Shown piece after piece: positions 47,259-61,234 of a stretch of 64,000 nt of DNA; positions within the stretch are counted from its first letter, which is position 1, and the number at the start of each line of letters is the position of its first letter. The position numbers and the translations under genes are program-made. The stretch is from Cyanobacteriota bacterium (GTDB taxonomy: Bacteria; Cyanobacteriota; Cyanobacteriia; Thermostichales; Thermostichaceae): the NCBI GenBank assembly GCA_033764955.1, contig JANRIL010000024.1, positions 153,621 to 217,620 on the forward strand, written 5' to 3'. The notes below the pieces were generated by a model, which saw only the letters and a list, made by a program, of their open reading frames with translations, was not told where the DNA came from and made no database searches.

Positions 47259-48113
47259 TCAGGTGGGGAGGGGTTGGTTTTGTATCCAATCGAGAATGGC
47301 TTGCTGAACGGCTGGAGCCTCTTGATCATGCAACAAATCATGGCGGGATCCGGGATAGGTTTTGACGGTGAGGGGCACTGACAAAGCCGATAATTTTTCT
47401 GCAAAAGCTTGGCTACCCGCAGGGTTCACTACAGAATCGCTGGGGGTATAGAGCAAGAGAATCGGCAGGGAGAGACGAGTTGCCGCCGTCAGACAAAAAT
47501 CTCCACTGCGTTCTAACTCCGCCACAAAACGGGCACGGGTCAAGCCAGTAACATAGGGATCCTCAGCCAGTTGTCGTTGTCTCTCGGGTAGGGCGGTCAC
47601 TTTAGCGGGGTTATAGCGGCGAGCCACAATCGTTTGGGGAAGGAAGCGGTCGGCAACCGACAGCAAACGGCGGGTGAGTGGGGTGAAATTATTATCAATG
47701 CGAAAGGCAGGAGAAATCAGGATCAATCCCTGCACTTGCTGGGGATGACGGAGAGCATATTCCACCACCCAGTTGGCTCCGGTGCTGTAGCCTAACCAAA
47801 AGTGGGGAGTCAAAGCCGATTGAATAAATTCCAAGTCAGCTAGGTAGTCGGCAAAGCGGTTGACGCCACAACGGGATCCCGGAGATCGGCCAAAGCCGCG
47901 CATATCGGGGGCATAACTGCTCCATCGGCGGGATTGTAAGAGAGTGGCTAATTCTTGAAATCGTCCCCCATAATCGCCTTTTCCATGCAGCATCAAGATT
48001 CGCCCAAGCGGTTGAGGAGCCATCCAGCTATGCAAGTGCAGGTGTGTACCATCCGGTAGACCAAGACCCGAAGCCAATGGGGCAGAAGAGGCAGAGGATA
48101 AAGAAGCAGCCAT
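47259..48113 (-). CDS. Alpha/beta hydrolase (lysophospholipase-like)
   Basis: LHG.GD..GRF, DMRGFG.S.G, GYSTG, D.VV, HDL. Confidence 0.85.
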   Translation of the reverse strand: MAASLSSASSAPLASGLGLPDGTHLHLHSWMAPQPLGRILMLHGKGDYGGRFQELATLLQSRRWSSYAPDMRGFGRSPGSRCGVNRFADYLADLEFIQSALTPHFWLGYSTGANWVVEYALRHPQQVQGLILISPAFRIDNNFTPLTRRLLSVADRFLPQTIVARRYNPAKVTALPERQRQLAEDPYVTGLTRARFVAELERSGDFCLTAATRLSLPILLLYTPSDSVVNPAGSQAFAEKLSALSVPLTVKTYPGSRHDLLHDQEAPAVQQAILDWIQNQPLPT

Positions 48114-48531
48114 CAACACTAAGGATCCCAACCCAATAGTCTAATAGTCTATCGAATCAGCCCACGCTCTTAACCCAAAATCAGTGTCGTCAATCATCAA
48201 CGAACTCAGGCTGGCCGACAAGAAAGCAATCAACAACAGGGATAGCTAAACTCTCAGGTATCAATCAGCATTCAGAAACAACAATCAAAATACACAGTAG
48301 AAACACTTAAATAATGCAACAAAAGATACAGTTATCCTACTGATAGAATTTTTATGACTTTGTAAAATGTTATCCAGCTAACTTGCTTTTTTTAGGTTGC
48401 TCAATTATCTTGGAGGCAAGAAATTTTATACATTTCCCCTTCCGATTTTCTCTGATATTCTCTACTTCTTAAGATATTCCTCAATAGACTCTCTCGGATC
48501 TAAAGCAATCTTTATAAGACACCGCTAATTT

Positions 48532-50889
48532 ATGATCCAAAATCAAAAAAGATCCATAGTTCTAAATCCTCCACTGATTATTAGTATTGCCTTAGCAATA
48601 AGCTGGATGATCGTGTTTCTGTCAGCTTTGTCTAATTATGAACCTTGGACAAAACAAAGCTTAGTAAACGTGGTCATGAATCTTTGTTTTTTCCTGACTG
48701 GATGGGCTATTCTTCACTATGGTCAGTCTAAGATTCAGCAACTAAAGACAAAGAAACAGCCCCCAGACAATCAACAGTTTTCAAATATTTTATCTGCCAT
48801 AACCGATGCATTTATCTCATTGGATAAAAACTGGTGTTTTGTCTACCTCAATCCACAGGCAGAAAAGTTATTGCAACGTTCCCGCGATAGCCTTTTGGGT
48901 AAAAATGTTTGGCAGGAGTTTCCCGAAGCAGCAGGGTCAATCTTTCAATTCAACTATGAGAGAGCTATGCAGGAACAAGTTATTGTGAAGTTTGACTCTT
49001 ATTATGAACCACTCAAGACCTGGTTTGAGGTTGATGCTTACCCTAGCCCTGAGCAGCTAGTTATTTATTTCAGAGATGTTAGTCACCGCAAGCAATTGGA
49101 AGATTTGTTAAAGCAGCAGATAGAACGTGAAAAAACAGTTTGCCAGGTTATTCAAGCAATTCGGGGATCCCATGAGTTATCCACCGCTTTTAGTGTAACT
49201 ATCTCAGCAATGGCGCAGGTTTTTGAAGTGGATTTGGTTAGCATCGTCAAATACGATAGTGGAATCAAATACTGGGAATCAGTTGTTGATTACATTAAAC
49301 AAGCTGACGAGAGCAATTCATCAAGCTATATCTTGAGCGAGCAGCCGATTATATTTGGTTATGATAACCCTCTGGCTGAGCAAATCAAACGATTTGAAAC
49401 TCTTTATCTGCCGGATCTGAGTCAGCAAAAGGATTCGGTCAATCAATTTTTAGCTCAACGATTTCCGGGATCCTGGCTGATCATTCCTCTACAAGTTGAG
49501 GGATCCCTTTGGGGATCATTAAGTATGAGTCGTTCCAAAACCAATGCGTGGTCAGAGGAAGATATCGTACTATCAAAAACATTTGCTCAACAATTAAGTA
49601 TTACTATTGACTATGCTCAGGTTTATGAAAGGCTACAAAGAGCTAATGATGAATTGAGATATCAAGTGGAAGAGCGTAATGCTTCTTTACGGCGTGCCCT
49701 TGATTTTGAAATGCTATCACAGGTAATCTCGGACGAAATTCGCAACACCTTAGATGAGAATCAAATTTTAGAAACAGTGGTTAAAGAATTGGCGCTTAGT
49801 TTAGGCTTAAATAGCTGTGGGATTGCCATACCCAATTGGGATCAGCAAACTTATCAAATTAGTCATGAATACGCCCAACGCCCTCCAGCACTTCTGGGTG
49901 GTGAGCTGCCGCTTGAGTTAATTCCTTTCAAGCAAATTCAGAGGGGAGAATCAGTGATTTATACCCTCAATCATCCCCATCATGGCTGGATCACAAAACT
50001 AAGTTGTCCTATTCAAGATGAAAAGCAACTTTTAGCGGTTCTCTGTCTAGCCAGAAATTGTGACAGCACTTTTAATGAGCAAGAATTTCGATTGGCACAA
50101 CAGATTGGCACCCAATGCGGTATTGCCATTCGACAAGCACGACTTTATCAAGCTTCACAAAACCAGGTGAGTCAATTGCAAAAGCTCAATCAACTGAAAG
50201 ATGACTTTTTGAGCATGGGATCCCATGAATTGCGCGGTCCTCTTACCAATATGCAAATGGCACTCAAAATGATGCAACTTGCCAATACGGACGAGAAGAA
50301 ACAGACGTATTACGGCATGGCATTGAAGGAGTGTAGCCGTCAGATCGAACTGATTAACGATCTCTTAGATCTGAATAAATTGGAATCAGATAGTTATGAA
50401 CTTAATATACAACCCGTTGATATTGCGGATTGGATCCAACCCATTCTAGATGGTGCAATGCTGCTAGGTTCCTCAAAACAACTACGATTTACCACCCATC
50501 TCGCGGAGAATTTACCCTCTATCTATACGGATAGTTCAGGACTCAACCGCATACTGAAAGAACTATTAAATAACGCCGTCAAGTATACGCCTCCTGATGG
50601 TGAAATCAAGCTGGAAGTGCTCCTGACTGAGCCAAATATTCAATTTATTGTTCGCAATAGCTCAGCAATTGAAGCTAAGCTGCTCAACCGAATTTTTGAG
50701 CGGTTTTATCGGATTCCCAATTCGGATCCCCAGCGGCAAGGGGGGACAGGTCTGGGCTTACCCCTGGTCAAAGAACTGGTGAAGCAATTACAGGGATCCC
50801 TAGAAGTCTTTAGCAACTCTGGCTGGACAAGCTTTGTTGTAAAATTGCCGATCGGACAGCCCGCCCCTGAGAATTTTGACCAAGAATGA
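48532..50889 (+). CDS. Sensor histidine kinase (2 TM, PAS, 2 GAF, HisKA, HATPase)
   Basis: YLN..AE.L...R..LLGK..W, SHELRGPL, ELLNNAVKY, GGTGLGL. Confidence 0.9.
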   Translation: MIQNQKRSIVLNPPLIISIALAISWMIVFLSALSNYEPWTKQSLVNVVMNLCFFLTGWAILHYGQSKIQQLKTKKQPPDNQQFSNILSAITDAFISLDKNWCFVYLNPQAEKLLQRSRDSLLGKNVWQEFPEAAGSIFQFNYERAMQEQVIVKFDSYYEPLKTWFEVDAYPSPEQLVIYFRDVSHRKQLEDLLKQQIEREKTVCQVIQAIRGSHELSTAFSVTISAMAQVFEVDLVSIVKYDSGIKYWESVVDYIKQADESNSSSYILSEQPIIFGYDNPLAEQIKRFETLYLPDLSQQKDSVNQFLAQRFPGSWLIIPLQVEGSLWGSLSMSRSKTNAWSEEDIVLSKTFAQQLSITIDYAQVYERLQRANDELRYQVEERNASLRRALDFEMLSQVISDEIRNTLDENQILETVVKELALSLGLNSCGIAIPNWDQQTYQISHEYAQRPPALLGGELPLELIPFKQIQRGESVIYTLNHPHHGWITKLSCPIQDEKQLLAVLCLARNCDSTFNEQEFRLAQQIGTQCGIAIRQARLYQASQNQVSQLQKLNQLKDDFLSMGSHELRGPLTNMQMALKMMQLANTDEKKQTYYGMALKECSRQIELINDLLDLNKLESDSYELNIQPVDIADWIQPILDGAMLLGSSKQLRFTTHLAENLPSIYTDSSGLNRILKELLNNAVKYTPPDGEIKLEVLLTEPNIQFIVRNSSAIEAKLLNRIFERFYRIPNSDPQRQGGTGLGLPLVKELVKQLQGSLEVFSNSGWTSFVVKLPIGQPAPENFDQE

Positions 50890-50892
50890 TGA

Positions 50893-52023
50893 TCATAAAC
50901 TGAGATTTTTGGGCAACATCACATGAAAGCTCGTACCATGACCCAGATTGCTTTCCACCTCGATTTTGCCTTGATGCTGATCAACAATCGCTTTGACAAT
51001 CGAAAGCCCCAAACCAGTTCCCTCTACCTGGGCATGTTTCTCTGAATTAACACGGTAAAACTTTTCAAAAATATGGGGAAGATCGCGCTCCGGGATCCCT
51101 AAGCCCGTATCTTGAATAGTCATCCTCACCCAGTCCGCATCCGCGAGAATTTTGATAGTGATGCTTCCTTGCTCTGGAGTATATTTAATGGCATTTGACA
51201 AAAGATTGTTAATAACCTGCTCAAGTTGTTGGGGATCCCCTTGAATAGTGGCTTCAGGCTCAGGACAATCTAGGATGAGTGTCAGAAATTTTTGCGTTAC
51301 TAGCTCCTGTACATTACTAATTTGTTGATCCACCAATTGATATAAGCAGACTGATTGCAATACCAATGGCATACCCCGCTCAATTCGAGAAAGATCCAGG
51401 AGATCACTCACCAAGCGAAACATCTTTTCAGCATTCCGATGAATCGATTCCAACAGTTCTCGTGATTTGATTGGGTCATTCACCAAACCCTCCAACGATA
51501 AAAGCAAACGAGACATCCCCAAGATCACACCAATTGGATTTTTTAGATCATGAGAAAGCGTGCTAATCAGTTGATCTTTGAGTTGGCTGAGTGACTCAAT
51601 TTCTTGCTTTTGTTTAATGAGTTGTTGGCGCTGCTGACTAAGGGTTAAATGCAACTCAATACGAGCCAATACTTCTTCAATCTGAAAAGGTTTAGTAATA
51701 TAGTCAATTCCTCCCAGATCAAATGCTTTGACTTTATCATTAGCATCATCTAAAGCACTGATAAAGATAATTGGGATCCCGCTGGTTTGAGGATTACCTT
51801 TCAGTTGCCGACACACCTCATAACCACTCATCTGAGGCATGTTGATATCCAATAAAATCAAGTCAGGGGGAAGCGCTTGAGCCGCTTTGAGAGCCAAGTC
51901 CCCCCGCAAAGCTGGACGCACTTTATAGCCGTGTTGATTGAGGATTGAAGACAAAATACTCAGATTGTCTGGTGTATCATCCACAATCAAAATGTTGGCT
52001 GGGGTCAAAGCCGGGAAATTCAT
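50893..52023 (-). CDS. Hybrid response regulator-histidine kinase (REC-HisKA-HATPase)
   Basis: ILIVDD, ILLDINMP, DYITKPF, SHDLKNP, NAIKY, GTGLGL; ATGA overlap with the upstream gene. Confidence 0.92.
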   Translation of the reverse strand: MNFPALTPANILIVDDTPDNLSILSSILNQHGYKVRPALRGDLALKAAQALPPDLILLDINMPQMSGYEVCRQLKGNPQTSGIPIIFISALDDANDKVKAFDLGGIDYITKPFQIEEVLARIELHLTLSQQRQQLIKQKQEIESLSQLKDQLISTLSHDLKNPIGVILGMSRLLLSLEGLVNDPIKSRELLESIHRNAEKMFRLVSDLLDLSRIERGMPLVLQSVCLYQLVDQQISNVQELVTQKFLTLILDCPEPEATIQGDPQQLEQVINNLLSNAIKYTPEQGSITIKILADADWVRMTIQDTGLGIPERDLPHIFEKFYRVNSEKHAQVEGTGLGLSIVKAIVDQHQGKIEVESNLGHGTSFHVMLPKNLSL

Positions 52024-55000
52024 TGGCACCGCGCCTGCTCAATAAAGGTTTGTAGCTGATCGAATTGATAGTGACTGATCCACATTTGTAATTGTTCCGA
52101 CAAGTCAGGGTAGCTTGTGTGTAATTCTTGCACAATTAACTGAAGGGCTTCCAGATCAAGAGCTAACGCCGCTTGTTCTAGACGAGCTATCCACTCAGAG
52201 GAGAAGCCTGCTAACACATTTTGCAAATTAACCGCATCACCTTGCAACCTCTTTACATCAAAAGTCTCTGCCACTTCATAGCGGTAGACCACACCCAAAT
52301 GTTCTGCCATTTTGGAAAAAATCTGGCCAACTTGTAGCGGTTTAGCCACAAAATCATCACAACCAGCCTCCAACATTAGGCGGCGATGATGATCAAATGC
52401 ATTCGCACTCAAGGCAATAATGATCGGTTGCCAGGTTCGACTGGGATCCGCTTGGCAACCTTGGCGAATCTTTTGAGTTGCTTGATAACCATCCATCACA
52501 GGCATCCGCATATCCATCCAAATCAGGTGAGGATCCCAATCCTGCCAGCACTCCACCGCCGCTTGCCCGTGTTCAGCCGTCCGCACATCAAAACCAACAT
52601 GACTGAGCAGTTGCACCAACAACTCCCGATTATCCGGCTTATCGTCGGCGATCAAAATGCGGTAGTGGGGTTGCCCACTAGCCAGACCCACCACTTGGCC
52701 AGATTGACTTTGCATAGCTGGCAGCTCGGCTAAATTTGTCCGTTGCATTTTTACCCAAAAACTAAACGTTGAGCCACTAGCGGGTTGGCTTTTTACCTGA
52801 ATTTCTCCCCCCATGAGCCGGATAAACTGCCGGCTGATCGCTAAGCCTAAGCCCGTACCTGTGGGCATTCCTGATTCGACATCTGGATGATGAACCTGCA
52901 CAAACGGCTGAAATAATTGCGAGATGGCTTCACAGCTCATCCCAATTCCAGTATCTTCCACCTCACAGTAAAGCAATAAATTACTCCCTTGATCCTGGTG
53001 AGTAAGACGTAAAATGACTTGACCTTGTTGGGTAAACTTAATAGCATTACTCAATAGATTCAGCAGAATTTGTCGAAGCTTTACGGCGTCTCCTCGAACT
53101 CCTTGAGGCAAGTCGGGCTGATATTCGATTCGCAAGATAAGACCTTTTTGAATAGCCCGCTCCGCAACAATTTCCTGGATATTTTGAATGAGTGCGTGTA
53201 AATCAAAACCATCAAAATTGAGGATAACTCGCCCCGCTTCAATCTTCGACATTTCTAAAACATCGTTGATCAAACTCAACAAATGCTCTCCACTACGATT
53301 GATGGATGAAACTGGACTACGTAAGGCGATCGGTAAACCGGGATCCCTAGCCATGATCTGAGCAAATCCCAGAATGGCATTGAGGGGAGTTCGCAATTCA
53401 TGGCTCATATTCGCCAGAAAAATACTCTTGGCTTGGTTGGCCGCCTGAGCTTGGTTAGCCGCTTGATCCGCCGCTTCTTTGGCTAGACGGAGCTGTTCTT
53501 CTGCCCGTTTTCGCTCCGTAATTTCCCTTACCAAAACCAAAACCTCATCGCTACCACAGGCAACCATACGGGATTCTCGGTAAACGGTTTTCCCCTCATC
53601 CTCCAATGGATATTCATAAACTTGCACTTCGCCCGTTTGTAAAACTTTTTGAATATAGTCCAGCTCTAGATCTGCCAACTCAGAGGAAACCACCTCTCGT
53701 AAGTGTTTGCCTACAAACTCATGGGGGTTCAAAATGGGCTTAAAGGCTGTGGGATATTGTACCAGCTCTAGAAAGATCCCCCCCCGACTAATCCGAAACA
53801 TCAAGTCAGGTACAGCATTTAAGATAGCGCGCACCTTTGCTTCACTGGATCGCAACGCTAATTCAGCCCGTTTCCGCTCGTCAATATCCTGAACAAATCC
53901 CTCATAATATAAGCTATTTCCTTCCGTGTCTTTAACAATCCAACTGCTTTGAGAAATCCATAGTTTAGAACCATCCCGTCGATAGATCTCTGACTCATGA
54001 TTGTGAACTTCTCCCTGCTGATTAAGCAGTTTGATTAGATCATGTCGCCGCTCAGGAAAAACATAACGACGCTCCGGCTCCTGTAGGTTATAGGAGCTTT
54101 TTAGGAAGGCCTCAGGAGAATCAAACCCAGAAATTTTAGCTAACGCGGGGTTAATATTCATGTGGAAACCTGCCGTCGCATTCTGAAAAATCCCAAACGG
54201 AGCATTCTCAAATAGTCGGCGATATTTCTCTTCGCTAAGGCGTCGTTCTTCCTCCAGTTGTTTAGCACGAGTGATATTTTCAATAATGCTAAAGATGGAA
54301 ACGGGATCCCCATGCTCATCCCGCAGCAAAGATACGGCTAAACGCGCCCAGACGATTTGGCCATTTTTGTGAATAAATCGCTTTTCATAATGATAGCAAC
54401 TACGCTCTCCCGCCAACAATTCTCTATGAAACTGAACCGAGATGTCCAGATCCTCTGGGTGGGTTAGAGCACGAAAATCAACTTGATTTAACTCTTCTAG
54501 AGTATAACCTAAGAGATTCAACGAAGCGGGGTTAGCGGCGATAATTGTACCTGTTAAGTCAATGATATTGATGGCATGAGCGGCTGTCTCAAAAATAGCC
54601 CGAAATCGGTATTCACTGACTCGCAACGCCGCTTCAATTTGCTCATATTCTTTTAGTTTTTCTTGAAGTATTATGTTCTCTAGTTGCCGAGCCTCCATCT
54701 GTTTTTTACTGATCGCTAATTGGTGACCAAGCTCAAGCATAGTTAAGGAATATTGATTCCGTTGTTGGAAAATCTGCTCCTTAATTCGATAAAACTGCTC
54801 ATGATGAAATAGCGCTTTCTCAAAATGAGCCATGCGTTTATAAGTTTGAGAAAGAAGTAAGTGGCAATGACTTGCTTCCGTCTTGGCTGAAATCGCCTCC
54901 GCTAACCCTAAAGCCTCCAGCCAATAGGAGATGGCTTGTGTCGATTGATTGGAATAGGCGGTTAGCTCCGCTTGAGCCAACAATCCTTGCAGTTTTGCCA

Positions 55001-55781
55001 AGGGAGAAGGCACAAACTCTGTGAGTTGCAGAGCCTGCTGAATATAGGCTGCCGCTTGCTCACGATCCCCAATAGCTAGATAAATTTGCCCCACTACCGA
55101 TACCATAACCGCTTCATGGCGGGTCAAGTTGATGCTGCGCATCAGATTGATACTGCTTAATCCATACTCAAGCGCCTGGTGAAAATTGCCTAATTCCTTG
55201 TGAAGTCTGGCTAGGTTGGCGTGAATCTGGCTTTTACCCTTGGGATCTCCTAACTGTTCAAAAATTTGTAGGCTTTGTTGCCACCAATCCCAGCAAGCCT
55301 CAAAATGCTCTAAGTGTTGATAGCTCAACCCCACCGCGTTCAAGACCTGCGCCTGCATGGACAAATCGGGGATCCCTTGGGCAATCCGCAATCCTGCCAA
55401 GCTGTAGGTGAGGGCTTGTGAATAATTGGCTTGGGCAAGAGCCGCCATAGCCAAACCATAATAGGCTCTGGCTTCTCCAGATAGGCAATGTAACCGTTGA
55501 TAGCTAGCGAGCGCCTGGGATCCCAAGGTCTCTCCCAGGTTGGCATGGGCAAGGTAGGTATGGGCTAGGCTGGCAATGCCATAACTATCGGCTAACCCCT
55601 GCTCATCCTCTAGGGTGATCGCCCAAGCTTGCACCTGTTCAGTGATCTGGAGAGCCTGTTGGGGATCCCAATCCAGCAGTTCCCAGGCTTGTCGGATCTG
55701 CTCAGCCATAGCCCCCTGCCTGGGTGGAGTCAGATGGCCCTCCCCCAAAGCTTGGTTAGGATTCGACAAAGCCCTCACCAT
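52020..55781 (-). CDS. Hybrid histidine kinase (TPR, 3 PAS, HisKA, HATPase, REC)
   Basis: N-terminal TPR-like helices; PAS motifs; FLANMSHELRTPLN, NAIKFT, DTGIG, GTGLGL; WMDMRMP receiver. Confidence 0.92.
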   Translation of the reverse strand: MVRALSNPNQALGEGHLTPPRQGAMAEQIRQAWELLDWDPQQALQITEQVQAWAITLEDEQGLADSYGIASLAHTYLAHANLGETLGSQALASYQRLHCLSGEARAYYGLAMAALAQANYSQALTYSLAGLRIAQGIPDLSMQAQVLNAVGLSYQHLEHFEACWDWWQQSLQIFEQLGDPKGKSQIHANLARLHKELGNFHQALEYGLSSINLMRSINLTRHEAVMVSVVGQIYLAIGDREQAAAYIQQALQLTEFVPSPLAKLQGLLAQAELTAYSNQSTQAISYWLEALGLAEAISAKTEASHCHLLLSQTYKRMAHFEKALFHHEQFYRIKEQIFQQRNQYSLTMLELGHQLAISKKQMEARQLENIILQEKLKEYEQIEAALRVSEYRFRAIFETAAHAINIIDLTGTIIAANPASLNLLGYTLEELNQVDFRALTHPEDLDISVQFHRELLAGERSCYHYEKRFIHKNGQIVWARLAVSLLRDEHGDPVSIFSIIENITRAKQLEEERRLSEEKYRRLFENAPFGIFQNATAGFHMNINPALAKISGFDSPEAFLKSSYNLQEPERRYVFPERRHDLIKLLNQQGEVHNHESEIYRRDGSKLWISQSSWIVKDTEGNSLYYEGFVQDIDERKRAELALRSSEAKVRAILNAVPDLMFRISRGGIFLELVQYPTAFKPILNPHEFVGKHLREVVSSELADLELDYIQKVLQTGEVQVYEYPLEDEGKTVYRESRMVACGSDEVLVLVREITERKRAEEQLRLAKEAADQAANQAQAANQAKSIFLANMSHELRTPLNAILGFAQIMARDPGLPIALRSPVSSINRSGEHLLSLINDVLEMSKIEAGRVILNFDGFDLHALIQNIQEIVAERAIQKGLILRIEYQPDLPQGVRGDAVKLRQILLNLLSNAIKFTQQGQVILRLTHQDQGSNLLLYCEVEDTGIGMSCEAISQLFQPFVQVHHPDVESGMPTGTGLGLAISRQFIRLMGGEIQVKSQPASGSTFSFWVKMQRTNLAELPAMQSQSGQVVGLASGQPHYRILIADDKPDNRELLVQLLSHVGFDVRTAEHGQAAVECWQDWDPHLIWMDMRMPVMDGYQATQKIRQGCQADPSRTWQPIIIALSANAFDHHRRLMLEAGCDDFVAKPLQVGQIFSKMAEHLGVVYRYEVAETFDVKRLQGDAVNLQNVLAGFSSEWIARLEQAALALDLEALQLIVQELHTSYPDLSEQLQMWISHYQFDQLQTFIEQARCQ

Positions 55782-56010
55782 AAATTCAGTTGGATCCTCT
55801 GCTCACGGACACTTACGTACTGAGATGGTTACCATTATCGTCAGCCCATCCGGAAATAGCCTAGGCGGGATCCCGTAAATCCCTGTCTTGTTTCTGGGAA
55901 TAGTGGATTCCCTCGCGCCATATTGCAAAGGATTATGCCCGTTCCCTAAGTTTTGCCCGATATTTGTAAACCGTCTTGGGGTTGGCGAAGTCGAGTGATA
56001 GAATCTCGTC

Positions 56011-58704
<2,694 letters not shown>

Positions 58705-58737
58705 TGGGATCCCTCATCAATCATGGGGTTGCTTGGG

Positions 58738-59244
58738 TCACTCCATTTTCTCTCCGGCGGCACTCCCCTCCAACCAGGCCGGATGGTTGAGTAATGCCGC
58801 CATGACTTGCACTCCCCGCAATTGATTGGACAGGGGTAAATGCCCTTTGGGAGCGCTGGGATCCCAGGTGAACTCCTGTGGGTAACGAGTCCAATGATTG
58901 CCTTGTTTCCAGCCGATGATCGGCCAGAGTTTGTCCCAATCTTTGTTGACGGCTAACCACAATTGCCGTTGCACCGAGAATCCGAATTTACCATTAGCTG
59001 ATTTCAGCCACAGTTGGTCAAGGGTTCGCAGATCCTCGGCTGGGATCCCCTCCACCTCGGTGAAATAGAGCCAACCCCGTTTTGCCGCTAGGGATCCCGC
59101 CGCTTGGCAGAGCAGTTGTAGGGTGAGTTGATCGGCGGCTTGAAATTGCTGCTGGGCTAACTGCTGCCGTAACAGGCGATAGTCCAGACCACAGGCGGAG
59201 GCGAGAACCACCGCATCCAAAGATGAATCCGTGCTGCTGGGCAT
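58738..59244 (-). CDS. gun4: GUN4 porphyrin-binding protein (core domain)
   Basis: DY..L...L....[31 protein letters not shown]...[13 protein letters not shown]. Confidence 0.88.
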   Translation of the reverse strand: MPSSTDSSLDAVVLASACGLDYRLLRQQLAQQQFQAADQLTLQLLCQAAGSLAAKRGWLYFTEVEGIPAEDLRTLDQLWLKSANGKFGFSVQRQLWLAVNKDWDKLWPIIGWKQGNHWTRYPQEFTWDPSAPKGHLPLSNQLRGVQVMAALLNHPAWLEGSAAGEKME

Positions 59245-59280
59245 GATCAATCACAAACAAGATGCTTCTGATCCTAAAGC

Positions 59281-59820
59281 TTAGCGGGACTCTGGATCCT
59301 GCTGGTTATAGTCGGGGGGATCCCCCATCAGCCGTCGATAACCCAGGTACGCCACCCCCAGCAAGCCGGCTAAAATCCACAAAAAGGCGGAAAAGGGCAT
59401 GTAGGAAAAAAAGATGATGTGAATGCGCCGCCCCAACCAAGACAACACCAAATAAGCTCCCACCATGATGGCCACTCCTTGCAGAGTGCGAAAGGCAGGC
59501 AGTTGGCTGAGGGGCATTCGCTGGCGAGCCACCCAAAGGGAGGTGAAGACATAGTAGGGAGGGATCCCTAAAAGCAGGATATTGGCCTCTTTCACCACCT
59601 GCTGCCACCCGCCCGTGTTGCTAGCATAGGCCAGATAGCCCGCCCAAAGCGCCAAACTCAACACCGCCAAAGCCAGATTAAGGCTGAGGAGAAACGGCTC
59701 CTCCCGTTGCCCAGGGATCCAGCTACACAAAATCCACACCAACCAGGGAGCGGCCACGATCAGCAGCGTAATGGGAATGCTGTTTTCATTGAGGAGAATG
59801 AAAAACGTTTCCAGGGTCAT
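59281..59820 (-). CDS. Hypothetical membrane protein
   Basis: ORF with several TM segments, co-oriented with gun4. Confidence 0.65.
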   Translation of the reverse strand: MTLETFFILLNENSIPITLLIVAAPWLVWILCSWIPGQREEPFLLSLNLALAVLSLALWAGYLAYASNTGGWQQVVKEANILLLGIPPYYVFTSLWVARQRMPLSQLPAFRTLQGVAIMVGAYLVLSWLGRRIHIIFFSYMPFSAFLWILAGLLGVAYLGYRRLMGDPPDYNQQDPESR

Positions 59821-59879
59821 GGCTGGCTAAAAAAGGGGGATGCCTTAGTTTAGAGTAGAGGACATAGGGTGGCTAGAGG

Positions 59880-61217
59880 ATGATTGTGAATTGGCTGATC
59901 AAACCGTGGCTGAGTCATATTCAGACCCATATTCAACAACACCCCTTTCGCTTTTTGCTCTATTTGGAATGGGTGATTTTAGGCTTAGTGGCTCTGATTG
60001 AGATATTGCCGATCCTACCCACGGCTAATTCCTTTCCCGTTTTAAGTTTGTCGAGCATCCTCATCCTGAGTTTGATGGGATTGCGCCTCCCCCCCCAGCG
60101 GCAAGCCCTAAAAATCCTCTATACCTTTTTAGAAATTAGCCTCGTAGCCCTTTCCACATTGATTGGCAACCTTAGACTTTTTCCATTCTTTTATTTGTTG
60201 ATTGTTATTCGGAGCTGTTTAATCTTTGATCTGCCGGGGCGAATTGTTGTGGCGGTCATGACTTTTGTTCTGTTTCAGGTCACCCTTAACTATCGATTTG
60301 CGGAGGGAGCCACACGGCTGTTATCACCTGTTTTACCCAAACAGATCACGTTGATCAGCCTCAGTTTTAGTGCCGTCTTTGGGGTGAGTTTGGTATTCGC
60401 GTTGTTGCTGATGCACACCCTGCTGGCGGAACGCGCCAACCGTCAACAACTGGCAGAAGCCAATAGCCAACTGCGAGATTTTGCCCTCAAAGCGGAGGTG
60501 ACGGCAGCCTTGGAAGAACGCAACCGTATCGCCCGCGAGATTCACGACTCCCTCGGTCATGCCCTCACTGCCCTCAATCTGCAACTGGAAGGGGCTTTGC
60601 GGCTGTGGTCAACCAATCCCGCCGCCGCTCGAGACTTTCTGACGGAGGCCAAAAAACTGGGATCCACAGCCCTCAAGGAGGTGCGTCAATCGGTGGCCGC
60701 TCTCCGCCGCGATCCGATGGAGGGGTTGAGCCTATCGGATGGCATTCTCAGCTTGGTGAGGGATGTGCAATCGGTAATGCCGTTACGGCCTACCTGTGCG
60801 ATTGACATCGATGCCAACCTCAATCTGCCCCAGGAGGTGAAGACCTCCCTCTATCGCATTATTCAAGAAGCGCTCACCAATATCTGCAAATATGCCGCCG
60901 CCAGTCAAGTAGCCATTGTTTTGCAGAGCAAGGGATCCCGTCTACATCTGACCATCCAAGACGACGGCAAGGGATTTGATGTGCAGCAAAATCGCATGGG
61001 ATTTGGATTGCAGGGTATGCGGGAACGGGCAACAGCTCTGGGGGGATGGTTAAAAGTGGACAGTCAACCCGGATCCGGCTGTCGCATTGAGGCCGAGATC
61101 CCCTTGTCCGCCTCATCAGCTACATTCCAGGCAGAGTATGGGCATAAACTTGAGGGAAATAGCCTGGGATCCCAGATTGGAAATGACGGAGAGGGATCCT
61201 CAACAATCCATTCCTAG
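59880..61217 (+). CDS. Membrane sensor histidine kinase (HisKA_3)
   Basis: ERNRIAREIHDSLGH.LT, YRIIQEALTN, DDGKGF, GFGLQGMRER. Confidence 0.92.
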   Translation: MIVNWLIKPWLSHIQTHIQQHPFRFLLYLEWVILGLVALIEILPILPTANSFPVLSLSSILILSLMGLRLPPQRQALKILYTFLEISLVALSTLIGNLRLFPFFYLLIVIRSCLIFDLPGRIVVAVMTFVLFQVTLNYRFAEGATRLLSPVLPKQITLISLSFSAVFGVSLVFALLLMHTLLAERANRQQLAEANSQLRDFALKAEVTAALEERNRIAREIHDSLGHALTALNLQLEGALRLWSTNPAAARDFLTEAKKLGSTALKEVRQSVAALRRDPMEGLSLSDGILSLVRDVQSVMPLRPTCAIDIDANLNLPQEVKTSLYRIIQEALTNICKYAAASQVAIVLQSKGSRLHLTIQDDGKGFDVQQNRMGFGLQGMRERATALGGWLKVDSQPGSGCRIEAEIPLSASSATFQAEYGHKLEGNSLGSQIGNDGEGSSTIHS

Positions 61218-61234
61218 GAAGGTGAGGGCGAACG

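Noticed and set aside
48315..48330. NtcA-like site TGCA-N8-TACA upstream of the PAS/GAF kinase
   Set aside because: Mismatch in the GTA half-site and no -10 box at the canonical distance.
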